A DNA stretch of 63,782 bases, the filler included, from Octopus bimaculoides (Eukaryota): assembly GCF_001194135.2 (NCBI RefSeq). It is 7 parts of 5 records of this genome, joined end to end, with 100 filler letters (N's around TTAATTAATTAA, not from the genome) between each part and the next. Parts side by side here need not be neighbours in the genome. Positions count along the whole stretch, not along the records: positions 41,070 to 53,477 come from NC_068994.1; positions 53,578 to 61,522 come from NC_068985.1; positions 61,623 to 63,782 come from NC_068996.1; 4 more parts are not named here. One strand, written 5' to 3'. Below are positions 49,134 to 62,402 of the stretch, one piece after another. Each line of letters opens with the position of its first letter. Position 1 is the stretch's first letter. The translations under genes were made by a program, and so were the position numbers. The notes under the pieces are model-generated. The model was not told the origin of the DNA, ran no database searches, and worked only from the letters and a program-made list of their open reading frames with translations.

Positions 49134-49618
49134 GCACACATATATATATCTGTATATACACATATAAACACGTATACTCAATTATACATACAGGCATATA
49201 TAATGATTCAAATATACAAATATTTATATATATTTGTATACATATAAATGCAAATATTTATATTTCTACATGCAAAGCCATATATCTATATATCCAAGTA
49301 ACTGTATATACACATACACACACACACACATCCATGGTGGGCATCTTTCAGTTTCTGCTCACTGAATTCCCTCACAAGACTCTGTTGGTCCAGGGCAACA
49401 TTGAAGAACACTCCCCCAAGGTGTCACGCAGTTGGATGCAATTGAAAAAATTTTGCTGGGAAGTGAATTTTTTTGCCACACAGACATTGAAAGAAAGAAA
49501 AAAGTGAAGGATACAGATTTAATAGATATGCATTGTAAAGGTGTTTATATGCATGTGTGTGTGTGTGTGTGTGTGTGTATATACACACACACACACAAAT
49601 ATATATCTTTCTATTTAA

Positions 49619-49693
<75 letters not shown>

Positions 49694-49699
49694 TATATA

Positions 49700-50075
49700 T
49701 ACATATATATACGTATATATATATATTTATATATACATATATATATATATTTATGTATACATATATATATATTTATATATACATATATATATATATTTAT
49801 ATATACATATATATATATTTATATATACATATATATATATTTATATATACATATATATATATTTATATATACATATATATATATTTATATATACATATAT
49901 NNNNNNNNNNTATATTTATATATACATATATATATATTTATATATACATATATATATTTATATATACATATATATATATTTATATATACATATATATATA
50001 TTTATATATACATATATATATATTTATATATACATATATACATATATATATATATTTGTATATACCTATATATAT
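49700..50075. repeat. AT-rich minisatellite of ~18-24-bp units (AT)nTTATATATAC
   Basis: Regularly recurring TTTATATATAC interruptions within (AT)n. Confidence 0.9.
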
Positions 50076-50559
50076 ATTTAAATAAAAGAATATATGTATA
50101 TTCATATATAGTTATATACATGTGTATATGTGGGTGTGTGCATTTATATAGGTGTGTGTGTGTATGTATATACATGTATGTACATATACATATACATGTA
50201 TTTATATAAATTTTTTATACATATAAGTATATTTTACATCAATATACCAATATAAATATATATGTATTTTACATCAACATATATGTATATATACACAGCT
50301 TCAAATATTTATATGTATATATAGATATATATATACACAAATAAACACATACAAATATATATATACACACACACACTGAAATATACAAATATATATCATA
50401 TATGTATGTACATGTATATATGTATATAGGACCGTCTGAACTCTCTGGTCTTTTTTTGACAAATGAGGACCCATTCTCAAGACACAGCAGCACAATATTT
50501 CTAGTTCAATATTTTGTTACATCGTTTTGTGTGGAAATTTGTGTCTAACCAGAATCTGC

Positions 50560-52400
50560 AGATTCGGTTGCAGCAGTAGTCTCTGTCATTTGAGGGGAGA
50601 CTGAACACAGCTCTTTTTTCCATCACAATTTTGAACCAGTCTGCCTGGAAATCAAAGCTGGCTTGGTAGCAAGAACTTCTCCACTAAGCTCTCTTTAGTA
50701 CTTCCAATTCTATTGTCTTAAAGATTATCATGCAGGTTTTCAACCAGGTGTTTAGAGTGTCTTTACAAGAAAGCATTGAGCAATCTAGATCCCAGGTACC
50801 AGAACTAAGCTAACCATAGAAGAGGGCTTAAATAAGCAATTATCTTCTTTGTGTATCATGTGGCCAAATCACTTCAATTGCACTTTGATTAGAAAACTCT
50901 CTGTGCCTAGAATCTCACATAAAGTAAGCACTATCGTGTTGGAGATGGTCTTACCACTCAATGTTGCCAATTTAATGCAGGGAAATGGAATTTGTCTAGC
51001 CTTTTAAAATGGTTCCACTTGAGTGTCCATGTTTCATAGTCATATAGGAGAGAGGTAAGCACTGTTGTTTGGTATGCTTTAATCTTTGAGGTCAGGCCAG
51101 GCAGATGCCATATTTCCACGGCCTGGACTGGAATCTATTGAAAGGTGATCCCCTTTATTCAAGTGGGCATTGTTTGACAGAGTGCTTCCTAGGTTGCAGA
51201 ATTTTGGTACAGCATTTTGAGGGTTCAGGTGTTTGGGTGCTGGCTGATACAAGAGTTCTATTGTGCATATAGGCTGATCCAAGAGTTCTATTGTGCATAT
51301 AGGCTGATCCAAGATAGCATGTTGTGGGAGAGTATTAAATTGTTTGCTGTTGGTACCTACGTAGGACAGTGTTGAAGTGCCCTGTCTGAAGAGACAAGAT
51401 GTCAGTCTTATCTGTAAGAAGCTGGGTGCCACCTGATATGAAAACTGTAGTACAACTACAGGACATGGGTTCATAGACTGCCTTGAGACCCTCATAAGTC
51501 TTCATGTCATGTTCATCAGCAGTTGCCTATCGTTCAGGTTGTTTTCCCACCATAGGTTCTTCATGGCCCTCAGTCTGGTTTGCAGCGCTTGTTTTGCTTC
51601 ATGGTACCTGACCTTAGTTTCTGTTGATGATTTGTCTGAGATGTACTCCGTATTAGCGCAGTGCATTTCATCAGAGTTTTGCAATTTCCTGCTTGTCCAA
51701 ATTGAACCAGTCATGATGTCTCTGCTTGACAAAGCCAAGAATTTCAGATGCTATCTTGTATGTAAGTTGTTTTAAGCTCTTCCAGTGCTGTTCAATACTG
51801 TCCAGAGCTTTATTCATGGCCTGTCATTATTTAGTACACTTTTCTTATACCTTGAATGCAAACACATTGAGCCTTGTAACAGGTCTCGTTTTGAGTCTAG
51901 GTTGTTTGGTTGTAAACTTAAGTACCTAATGCTCCTGACTAGCCTGTGGTCAGACCAGCAATCTTCCTCAGTGACTGATCTGATAATGTAAAAATCCTTT
52001 TGGTCCCTCTGCTTAAAGTTACATAGTCTATAAGATGTCAGTCTTTTCATCTGGTGTGCATCTAGGATGTTTTGTGCTTGTTGGCTTGTCTACATTATGT
52101 CAGTATCATTATTTCCACATGTTCTTTTCTATGCCCAGCCATATAAACTCAGGCAACAAAATCCCCAAGGAGGATCAGCATGTCTTTTGTATGGCACTCC
52201 TTAAATTACTCTGGTGAGTTCATCATAGATGTCTTCTTTGGATTCCATTATGTGGGTCACACTTGCAACATAGACACAGTGATGGAAAGATGGTTACTTT
52301 CCAGTTCCAAGTGTAACATCATGAGACTATCATCGATTCCTTTTGGTAGTGAGTAGAGGTTGTTATTAAGCTGTAATCATATGGCAAAGCCAACAGCTTT
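50560..52400 (-). pseudogene. RTE/BovB-like LINE ORF2 remnant with most of the RT core deleted
   Basis: APE end CWSDHRLVRS; linker KV.YHEAKQALQTRLRAM.N.WW; the LDQP...EL region and SPGRG; then the RT tail ESFLIKVQLK*FGHMIHKEDN.L.K..FYG.L. Includes a 30-bp tandem duplication at 51242-51314. Confidence 0.85.
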
Positions 52401-52559
52401 CGGCTCCTTTATGGACTTACGAATCCAGAAGAATATATAGCCCATGCCAGCCACCTCATACAAGCCTTCTCTACAAATCTTGTCTCAGTGTTCTGGCTAT
52501 TCAAGCAGTTTTATGCTCAAGTGTTATCATTGGCTAGCAGTATCCTAACATTCCATAAG

Positions 52560-53106
52560 CCAAAGATCAATTTCCTGGTTTTTGAGCAGTGTCTAAATTG
52601 ATAAGTATTCCTGTTTCTTCAACCACATCATTGAATGAGTAGCCAGAAGCAGTTTGACCAGTCACGTTTATGTTGTGCAAATTCAAGCACTTCTTAATTT
52701 TTCCATACAAGCCTTTACTAGCCAGAAAAAGGTTTACATTATAAGTTTCACTTTCCTAATTCAGCAAATCGATAAACACACTTTTTTTTAATTTCAAGCC
52801 TGCTTATTGGCACATCCGTCAAGTCTGATCCTCAATCTATACATTCAAAAGCCATTCCAATTTAAGCATGACAATTGCTCTATGAAAAAATTAGGTTCAC
52901 AGTAACTTATTGAACACAGATTTCTCTCCACTGTCACACATTGCTACAGTAAACATTGCAGCCTTTAATGTTTTGGCAATGTAAATGAGTATTTCTCCTG
53001 CATTAAGCCTTTTTACAAAATCAAGATTAATATCCAGGATAATCTTTTCAAGGTTCCTTTTTGCACTGCTGCCTTCAGTTCCACTTGATGGCCTCTTTCC
53101 AGACAT
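52560..53106 (-). pseudogene. pogo/Tigger transposase N-terminal (CENP-B HTH) remnant
   Basis: MSGKRPSS...SAKR.LEKIILDINLDFVKRLNAGE....IAKTL; then LEWLLNV*IEDQ and F.ASKGLY.K.KK..NLHNI.VTGQTAS. Confidence 0.85.
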
Positions 53107-53282
53107 CTTGAGGTGTAGGTAAATGCAACAGTAGACTCATACAGACATGTATGTGCACACATAAACATACAGAATCAGATATACATACACACACACATAC
53201 ACAAAGCTACACAGACTTACAAACATTTATATATGGTAACCTATGCACACACACACATATATAGATACAATATAGGGCATAT

Positions 53283-53477
53283 ATATGTGTATCATCATCA
53301 TCATCATCATGGTTTAACGTCCGCTTTCCATGCTAGCATGGGTTGGACGATTTGACTGAGGACTGGTGAAACCGGATGGCAACACCAGGCTCCAGTCTGA
53401 TTTGGCAGAGTTTCTACAGCTGGATGCCCTTCCTAACGCCAACCACTCAGAGAGTGTAGTGGGTGCTTTTACGTGTC
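53283..53477 (-). mobile_element. High-copy retroelement 3' end with (ATG)n tail
   Basis: Near-identical to 17135-17310. Confidence 0.88.
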
Positions 53478-53577
53478 NNNNNNNNNNNNNNNNNNNNNNN
53501 NNNNNNNNNNNNNNNNNNNNNTTAATTAATTAANNNNNNNNNNNNNNNNNNNNNNNNNNNNNNNNNNNNNNNNNNNN

Positions 53578-53626
<49 letters not shown>

Positions 53627-54340
53627 TTGTATATATGCATATATATATGTGTATATCTCTATCTATCTCTCTGTGTATCTATTTGTTTATACCTATAAAT
53701 CTCTGTGTGTCTCTCACACTATGTATATATGTGTAGTTAGCTGCACATGTATGTGTGTATTAAATATATGCATGTATGCATGTATGTATATATATCTTTA
53801 TTTTTATTCATGTATAATCATATATGTATGTTGGTTCATTGTATATAAATATATATATATTGATGTATGCATTATAAATCTATCTATTTAACATATATAT
53901 TTGTTTACACACACACACATACACACACAAACCCTTAACATGTGAACATGTCTATATCTAAATATGACACATATATTGTTTTTATTTAATTTTGAATTAT
54001 GTTACATAACACAATAGGATCAATAAGCTGTTCACATTACCTGGTTATCTGTTTGTTAGATAACAATTCTGTTAAACACCCAGATCTCTTAGTTGATATA
54101 TATTGTGATTTCTACATTGAAGAAATGTCAGTTTTTAATATATATTCATTCTTTTCAGTTACTAATATTTCTAAGCAATTTTTTTTTCATTTAATTCTTT
54201 CTAGATTATTTCTTCTTATTGGGAAATTACCTTAAATACTCTGTTGTGATAAATATGAAATTTTCATGTTATATTTTGTATTTTCCCCTTTTCTTTTCTT
54301 TCTTTTTTTTTTGAGTTGTGTGTTATTCATTTCTATTCAG

Positions 54341-54464
54341 CAGTGGTGATGGATATAAAGAAAATATTAAGAAGAATGAAAATGTTGTCAGTTGGTTTAG
54401 TGAAGATATTAAGAATGCTAATGATAGTGTTTTGCTTGGGTATTTTACTGAATATAGTAGTTTG
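54341..54464 (+). CDS. Candidate coding exon (124 nt); one frame gives a signal-anchor-like N-terminus
   Basis: Acceptor TTTCTATTCAG, donor TTG|GTGAGC. The frame from ATG 54349 reads MDIKKILRRMKMLSVGLVKILRMLMIVFCLGILLNIVV; a second frame (SGDGYKEN...LLGYFTEYSSL) is also open. Confidence 0.4.
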
Positions 54465-55612
54465 GTGAGCCATATTGCTTGTGGTTGCATTATAATCAGT
54501 ATTCATAAAATGCTGGACAGGGAATAGATTAAAACATAAGGTAAAAAAAGTGGTTATTTGTGCATGAAGGTCTGAAAGTATATTCAAAACTCAAATTTTG
54601 TCTATTTATATAAATAGACAGATAAAAGAACAAAATAAGAATTCAATTTATTTTGGAAAAAATATCTACATAGCTAAGTAATTTTCTTTAAAATCTCAAG
54701 TTTTCTGTTTTCTAGTAGTAACTTTAAAAAAAAGCTTGAAATCTATAGCAGTGTTTTTTAAGAGAATATTTTCCAGATAGCTTTTTCTTTTAATCATTAT
54801 AAGATTAGTTTCTTTTTCTTCAATACATATTTATCATGATAATTTTGATTCTAAAACTGAAAATTCAAGTAGTATTTTAAGGCGCGTTTTCAATGCATTG
54901 ATTGGATTCTAAAATTTTAATAACAAGATATAATCCTCATTTACTTTTTCTCGCTCCTGTTTGTATCACATTCATAATAGTTGTAATTTGTTGAAACTAT
55001 TTACATTCCTATCTGGTTTATCAAGTTTATTCCCACATCCCTCTCCCACTTATCTTATTTTTCTCTATTGAAATTAAAAATTTCATTTCAAGTACTATTT
55101 GCAGCCTCTATTATTCTATGGATATTAGAATCTGCAAAAAGTGTTTGGTCCATCTATTAAATTTTAATAACTTCATCTTTTTCCTTATTATTAAACTTAT
55201 ATATATTTTCTTTAGGGTGCTTTTTTTTTTTCTCAATTCAATGCAGTTATTACTTCAACATTTTCTTAAAACTGCAACATTCTCTGCCTCTATATTACTA
55301 CTACTATTCTCGGTTGGCATGGATTCCATGTCTTCATGAGGATTTTTATTAATTACCAACTAGGCTGATTATTAAAATGCTGATAATTATTATAATAAGC
55401 TCATTTTCATACTGTTGAATTTTGTCGTCCATTTATTTGCATATTTTTACATAATCCACTGAAACCATGTTATCTGATTCCTCCCCTCTTCACTCCAACC
55501 TATACTTCTGTATTTTTCTGCAGTGCCTCATCCCTATAATACTAAGCCTTGGACTATTTCACTTCCAACAACTGGTTCTGTCCTGTATATTTCTCCCTTT
55601 CCTCTCTTCTAG

Positions 55613-55641
55613 GTTTGTACCATTCTCATACTGTGCAGTGG
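55613..55641 (+). CDS. Candidate 29-nt microexon, compatible in frame with 54341-54464
   Basis: Strong acceptor TTTCCTCTCTTCTAG and donor G|GTAGGT; splicing gives ...NIVVWFVPFSYCAV or ...SSLVCTILILCSG. Confidence 0.33.
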
Positions 55642-57213
55642 GTAGGTCTGTGATTAGTGGAATAGCTGGCAGGTCACAGATTCATGAGCTGTCATTTACA
55701 TGGCAGACTAAGATGGAAACAGTTAAAATTATGACGTCAAACAGTGGCAGTTCAGTGAACAGTAATGCTGCTAGCAGACCATTTGCATTTTAAAAGAATT
55801 CTTTAGAAAAATCCATTAAAATGTCAACTAGGGCCTAGTTGAAATGAGGGTCAATAGAAAAAAAAATACAACTTAGGCATGTTGTATTTATATTTAAAAA
55901 GAAAACAAAGAAGTAAAAAAAAGAAAACAAGATATCCCATCCTCATTCAAGTTTGATTTATCAGGGCACATATTACTACAAGAATTATTAGTATTGGACA
56001 ATTTTAAACCTCAACTATAAGTGATTGTCATTTTTCAAAAACCTGATTGTGATTAATGTTTTCTGTAAATTTTAATCCTAAAATAGTTTCAACACATCTA
56101 TTTTAGTTGTTTATATCCACTTTTTATTCACTAAAATTTATCAAATAATTAATGTCTTTGTTTCCATGACAGTAAACTTAGATTTCTTTGTTTTGTTTTT
56201 AGATTTATCTATGTGTTTTTCTCAAACACATTCAGTAATTTTTTTTTGTAATGACAACAATCTCTGAATTCTTCACAGTTTTTTGTTATATTACATTTTT
56301 GTATATCTATGATTATATAGAATAATTTTGGAGTTACAAACTCAAATGGACTACACTTTTAGAAATAAACATATAAATGATATAAAAAAAAAACACAAAC
56401 AAAAAAAAATTAGGTAGTTCACAGACCAATGCTTTCAACATTTGAAAAGATTTCTTTGAAGGAATTAAATTTGATAATGTTATATTTTCAAACTGATAAA
56501 AAGAAAAATGAGTTTCAAACATAATTTTGAAAGAAATCATAGCAAGGGTGGAAAAAATATTGGAATATCACTTGACTGTAAAAAGGATATCTTTGTAAAA
56601 GTCTCTTAAAAATATCTTAAAAGCTGGATTTTTTCCATTATAAATGAATTTTTCTATATGGGTTAAACAAATTTTGATTTTAAAACTATACATGTGTTCT
56701 TGGGTGTATTTTTAAATTGAATAGTAATCCTTGTATCCAACATGCTCTTTGACTGAGCCTCTTTCAATTTGCACATTATGGTTTTAAAGTGGCAGAAACA
56801 ATATACGAGTTCAAAACTAAAGATGTTCTGAGTTCAAACCATGCTGGTGTACAGCTTTAACCTTTCATCTTTCAAAAGTTGGTAAAAATAAGTACCTATA
56901 ATTTACTGGAGAACAATTAAACCAATTGTATTTCTAACTGCTTCTTTATGAAATTGATGCAGACTTGTGCCAAAGTTGGAAATCAATCTTTGCTCTGATT
57001 TTTGCCCAGCATATTATTCTTGTTTGTGGGTGTGTACTAAGTGTCTTTGATATTCTTGAGAGTGAATATCATATTTCTAAGGACCAAGTACAATACATAA
57101 TTATAATTTATAGTTTCTATGTTTACAATGTTTACAATGGAAGGTCTAAATATATCAAATGATATTACTACTGCTGTTCTTTAGGTGTTGAGCTGGTTGA
57201 GTCACACAAGCTT

Positions 57214-57486
57214 AGTGACATTTCATCTGGTTTTACTTTCTGAGTTCAAATGTTGCTGAGGTAGACTTTACCTTTCAACTTTTCAGGGTCAATAGAATAA
57301 GTAGCAGCTGAACAGAGGAACTGATGTAATTGATTTACCCCTTCCACCTAAATCTGGTGACCTTGTGCCATTATTGAAGCCATTATTACTGCTTTTGATA
57401 TAATTGATCTAGTGTTATGAAATGTTAGTTTTAATACTAATATTTTGCTTACCAGCCAACAGGGAATTCTAATGATGATGATGATG
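57214..57486 (+). repeat. 273-bp sequence (old SINE B plus unique flank) duplicated at 61250-61522
   Basis: No differences seen on visual comparison; offset 4036 bp; the second copy ends at an assembly gap. Confidence 0.93.
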
Positions 57487-58329
57487 ATGATGGATTATTG
57501 TTACCTTGACTCACTAGAGGAACACTTATTATTCCGTGGTTCCTAATGGCCTACTAAAACAATTTGAGTTAACTAATAACGTAACAAGACTCTAATTCTA
57601 ATTAGGTTCAAACAGACCTATTTATGTGATAAAGCAATAATCATTTTCATCATTGTCATGAATTTCATTGTCTATTTACTTTTCTTACCATATTCCAGGT
57701 TTCATTGACTGTCAACTGTTTGGATAACTGATTTATCATCATCAATAATGCAAAGGAGATATTCCAATGCATATTGTGCTTTTTTTTTTTACTTGCTGAG
57801 TCTTAAGGAAGGGACAAGGCCCAGGATGATACAAGTGAGACTAATGGCATTAATGTTTGTCATGAACATTCATAGGATATCTTGTACAGGAAGGGAATTC
57901 TAGAGAGCTGACATTCAAGGAAAGAAGGAGATTGTATAGTGATTAAGGTAGAGTCTGGGCTTAGACACAACAAGAGTAATGAGAGAAGAGGCAAGTAGGA
58001 TAGGAATAACTGAGTGGATGTGGCATGAGCCTAGTGAATTCCAAAGTGCAGATGCTATTATGTTGTTACTTTGTCCAAACCTTTCCCTAAAAATTTTCTA
58101 GTACTGGCCATCCAATTTTTTCTTTTCAAGTATTAGGTATCCTCATTTTTAGCACAGCAGGGTATGATTTAAGGTAAATTTGGTTGCTATCTCTTGCAGA
58201 TCACACAATGACATAGAGATTCAGTTGCTGGCTCATATTTATTTCCCTACTAAAATTCAAAATTCTTAATGGCCTAAATCCAGTGGTGCCAGGTATCATC
58301 CTCATAGAACAATAATGTTGTCTAAAATT

Positions 58330-58700
58330 AGTACCAACCTATGTTTCAGTATTATTGATGTTATTCTGGGCCTGTTGCCACAATCTAGGTTACATGCTCA
58401 ATATTAAAATGCTTTTGAAATATCATTATAGTAATATCTGTTTTGCATTTTGTGATCCTATTGAGATCATTCTAATCTTGTGTTTAATATTATTCATTGA
58501 CTTCAATAACTTGATTGATTGATTGGATCAAAGGCCTGCAGTTAAATGGCAAATATGTAGCAATGTATCTTTGATAAGGAGTTGCATTAGAGTGTATTGT
58601 ACAATTATCATAAACTAACACTATATTCCCTGGTTACTGGGAAATCCTTCAAGCACATTTGCTCTAGATATGCTACCAGAAGATAAAGTCTTCTGTGGTT
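58330..58700 (-). pseudogene. pogo/Tigger DDE domain remnant
   Basis: VLVYDNCTIH...IATYLPFNCRPLIQSI.QVI resembles the DDE_1 motifs L..DN...H and LP.N.T...QP.DQGVI. Confidence 0.65.
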
Positions 58701-59249
58701 CCTTTACTACCCAGTGAATATTCATAAAATATTCATGATTATAAAAATTGTGAACCAAAATTTAAGAAAATATTCATAAGTCCTTGTTTACAAAGGTTTT
58801 TGTTGCAAAACACAAATGGGTACCTATATGGCTACTCAACCTGCTAGAAATAACAGATTCATGATTTTGCCTATTAACTAGGTTTTCAAAGAATGGTGAA
58901 TTCTAGTTCATCTTCATTATTTTTCTGAGTAAGGATTTCATAGTCATTTGAAAGAAATTGTTGTTCTTTATATTTTTGGTGTTTTATGCTTTATTTTTCC
59001 TTTCATATTTTCATTGACTGTTTGTAAATTTTCATCAGTAATTATTATTTCTTTCTCATCAAACAATGGAGGTGTGGTGCTATAGATTGGTGTTGTTAGA
59101 AGCTTCGCACCAAATTTTGGCTGGTAGGGCTCTGGAAACAGCAGCTTGATATTCTTTGAATTATTGCTGTTGAAATTTATTATTTTCAGTTTTCTTTTCT
59201 TTTCATTTTTTGTTTTTGGCTTACACTTTCCAGTTCTATGTATTCTCTC

Positions 59250-59880
59250 TGAGGTGAGTTTTACTCCAACAACTAACTGTATCATTAATCTTATGCTTTT
59301 TGTCTTGATGCCTTCTACTATGCACAGTTCTGGCATGGCTTTGTGATCTTTGGGCATCATTAGGATATGCAAAACCATTTTGACTCTGCTGATCATATAT
59401 CACTTTTCATTAACCCTGCTTCGACCACTGCAATACAAAAATCATGACAATCCAGGATCAATATCATTTCTGATTTTTTTTATTGTCACACTTGCATTTC
59501 TTTAACCCATCTACTGGAACACAAATGTATAGTCAAAAGTATATCTGGCAATTTCAGTCTGTGTTTTGGTTGTGGGTTTAGTTTTAAAGGTACAGCAGAT
59601 AGTACCATAAATTTTATCTTTGTCATATGTGAGAACTTCTTCCAGTTCGTTCTGAAGAGCCTGTTGTACTATTTGATGTGAGAGAAGATTTAGTCCCCTT
59701 TTGTTCTTTTGTAAGCAGAAATATGTAACTTTCTCTTTGATCTTTCCTGAATTAGCTCCTGTGGCAAAGAAATGCTGCTCAGTTTTACTAAACTTTCTCT
59801 GCTGCACTTTCTGTAACTGTAGTAGATCTAAAAATTGTATTTGTTCAGTATGTGTTAAGGAGATGCTTAACACAGCTGCT
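59250..59880 (-). pseudogene. Possible LINE ORF1/gag-like remnant with a degraded CCHC zinc knuckle
   Basis: A 120-aa open stretch (59511-59873) followed by KPCQNCA...GH across stops and frameshifts; weak. Confidence 0.3.
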
Positions 59881-60240
59881 GCATGAACAGAGCACAGTAT
59901 TTGAATTCATGTAAGTTGTAAGTACTGGAGTTGCTGTTACTATTGTTATTTTCAAAACTAGTCATTTGAGTGTTTGAGACATTTTCTTCTATTAATTATT
60001 CACTGTATTGTTTATTTTCTTCATTCTCTTGTTCATTTAGTTGTGTGCTTTGATTTTCTTTTGATTTTTGGTATAGTAGTGCATAGTCTTGTAGCATAAT
60101 TATGCATGGCATTTATTCCGGATCCCTGGCCTTGCCATTTCCTGTCAAGTTGTCCAACTCATACCAGTATGGAAAACGGACATTAAATGTTGATGATGAT
60201 AATAACATTTTAAAAGTTTATGAAATAAGATCTTTTTTGT

Positions 60241-60575
60241 GAGGCACATAGCTCAGTGGTTAGAGTGTCAGGCTCACAATCATGGGGTAGTGAGTCAGAT
60301 TCCTGGACTGGGCTGTGTATTGTGTTCTTGAGCAAGACACTTTATTTCATGTTGCTCGAGTTAACTCAGCTGTAGAAATGAGTTGTGACATCACTGGTGC
60401 CAAGCTGTATCAGCTTTTGTCTTTCCCTTGGATAACATCAGTGGCATAGAGAAAGGGAGCTGATATGCATGGGCGACTGCTGGTCTTCATAGACAACCTT
60501 GCTTGGACTTGTGTCTTGGAGGGTAATGTTCTAGGTACAATCCCATGGTCATTCATGACTGAAGGAGATCTTTAC
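60241..60575 (+). mobile_element. SINE family D
   Basis: Head ATAGCTCAGTGGTTAGAGTGTCAGGCTCACAATC; central TTGAGCAAGACACTTTATTTCA; colinear with the reverse complement of 32321-32656. Confidence 0.88.
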
Positions 60576-61019
60576 TTTTACAATGTTTATCTCCAGGTAT
60601 TGGGTGGGGCAGGCCTTTCCTTAGGCAACTATAGGTCATTTTTACAACTACTCCAGTGAAAATTTCATTGGGTAATGTTTGAAGAGCTTGTTGTTTGAAG
60701 AAGGAAGCAAAACAACATCTTCACACCTAGGGACTTCCTCTATTTCATCTTTGTATTGATAAAATAAAGTACCAGTATACTGCTGGAGTTGATGTAAATG
60801 TCTTATCCCCACCCTCAAAATTGCTGGTCTGGAACCAAAATTCAAAAGTGTTCTTATTATTAATATTGTTTTTACTTTAATCTGCATCTTTATTACAGCC
60901 ACTTGCTGAGACACACCCAGTGCCTTGGGGAAAGTGAAGGATAAGAGATGTTACAACATGGTTGAAAGCTTTGGGAGGGGAGGTAGTGGAATATCTTCAT
61001 GTAATACAATGAAGACATT

Positions 61020-61250
61020 TAAATGGATAGGATTTTTCTAAGGATGTAGGCAGTACTTGTCAGCACAATCTTTTAGATTTCTCTGAGACATGGTTCTCCT
61101 GGGATATTATCTAGATGTTTCCGACATCCTTTTCTTAAGATACTTAAGGCACCCACAATAATAGGAACAATTCTCACTTTAAGATGTCAAATCTTTTGTA
61201 TTTCAATTTCCAGGTCCTTATATTCACTTAATTTATCAAATTCCTTTACA
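61020..61250 (-). pseudogene. R4/Dong-like LINE C-terminus (restriction-like endonuclease region)
   Basis: KEFDKLSEYKDLEIEIQKI*HLKVRIVPIIVGALSIL.KG..KHLDNIPG......I*KIVLTSTAYILRKILSI* matches K..KY.DL..EI..MW......P.VIGALG...A.ILRK.L. Confidence 0.85.
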
Positions 61251-61622
61251 GTGACATTTCATCTGGTTTTACTTTCTGAGTTCAAATGTTGCTGAGGTAG
61301 ACTTTACCTTTCAACTTTTCAGGGTCAATAGAATAAGTAGCAGCTGAACAGAGGAACTGATGTAATTGATTTACCCCTTCCACCTAAATCTGGTGACCTT
61401 GTGCCATTATTGAAGCCATTATTACTGCTTTTGATATAATTGATCTAGTGTTATGAAATGTTAGTTTTAATACTAATATTTTGCTTACCAGCCAACAGGG
61501 AATTCTAATGATGATGATGATGNNNNNNNNNNNNNNNNNNNNNNNNNNNNNNNNNNNNNNNNNNNNTTAATTAATTAANNNNNNNNNNNNNNNNNNNNNN
61601 NNNNNNNNNNNNNNNNNNNNNN

Positions 61623-61985
61623 TGTACTCATTTCCAACCCTCACCTTACTGGCAGCATCTCTGTACATGGCTCGCACAGCTCTCACTAACCATTCTTCTA
61701 TCCCAAGTTTCCTCATTGACCACCAGATAAGGGATCGGGGGACCCTGTCAAAGGCTTTCTCCATGTCAACGAAAGCCAGGTACAGATGTTTATCCTTAGC
61801 TAGGTATTTCTCTTGCAACTGTCTCACTAGAAATAAGGCATCAGTAGTGCTTTTACCTGGCACGAACCCAAACTGCATCTCATCTAAATTGATTCGCTCC
61901 CTAATTAGTTGGGCTATGACCCTCTCTGTAACTTTCATAACCTGATCTAACAGCTTGATGCCTCTGTAATTATTTGTATATTTAA
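61623..61985 (-). pseudogene. RTE-clade LINE RT fragment, well preserved and cut by a gap
   Basis: NYRGIKLLDQVMKVTERVIAQLIRERINLDEMQFGFVPGKSTTDALFLVRQLQEKYLAKDKHLYLAFVDMEKAFDRVPR. Confidence 0.95.
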
Positions 61986-62262
61986 TGAAGACATAAATGT
62001 ATAAAGACTAGTCATAGAATTTGCATAATCATTGTCATGCCTTTGTGTAAGATCATAAATAATGACAAGATCATATGGAATTATGAAATCATGTAGGTGG
62101 TTCAATTAAGGGTTAATCAGTTCATTGCTTTATGTTGTCGCATTTAGAGATGTGCGAGGTTTTGATTTGCTTTGTTTTAGGAGAGAGATACAAGTAAAGG
62201 GGGCTTTTTTTTCTGGTCATATATATGCATATTAATGCATTATTGTATGTATGTTATATATG

Positions 62263-62303
<41 letters not shown>

Positions 62304-62356
62304 GTTATGTGTAAGTATATTATGTGTATGTATACATATGTATATGTAGATGCATA

Positions 62357-62402
<46 letters not shown>

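Noticed and set aside
52560-58700. A single large Tigger element spanning both pogo fragments
   Set aside because: On the minus strand the N-terminal HTH should lie at higher coordinates than the DDE domain; the order is reversed, so they are separate copies.
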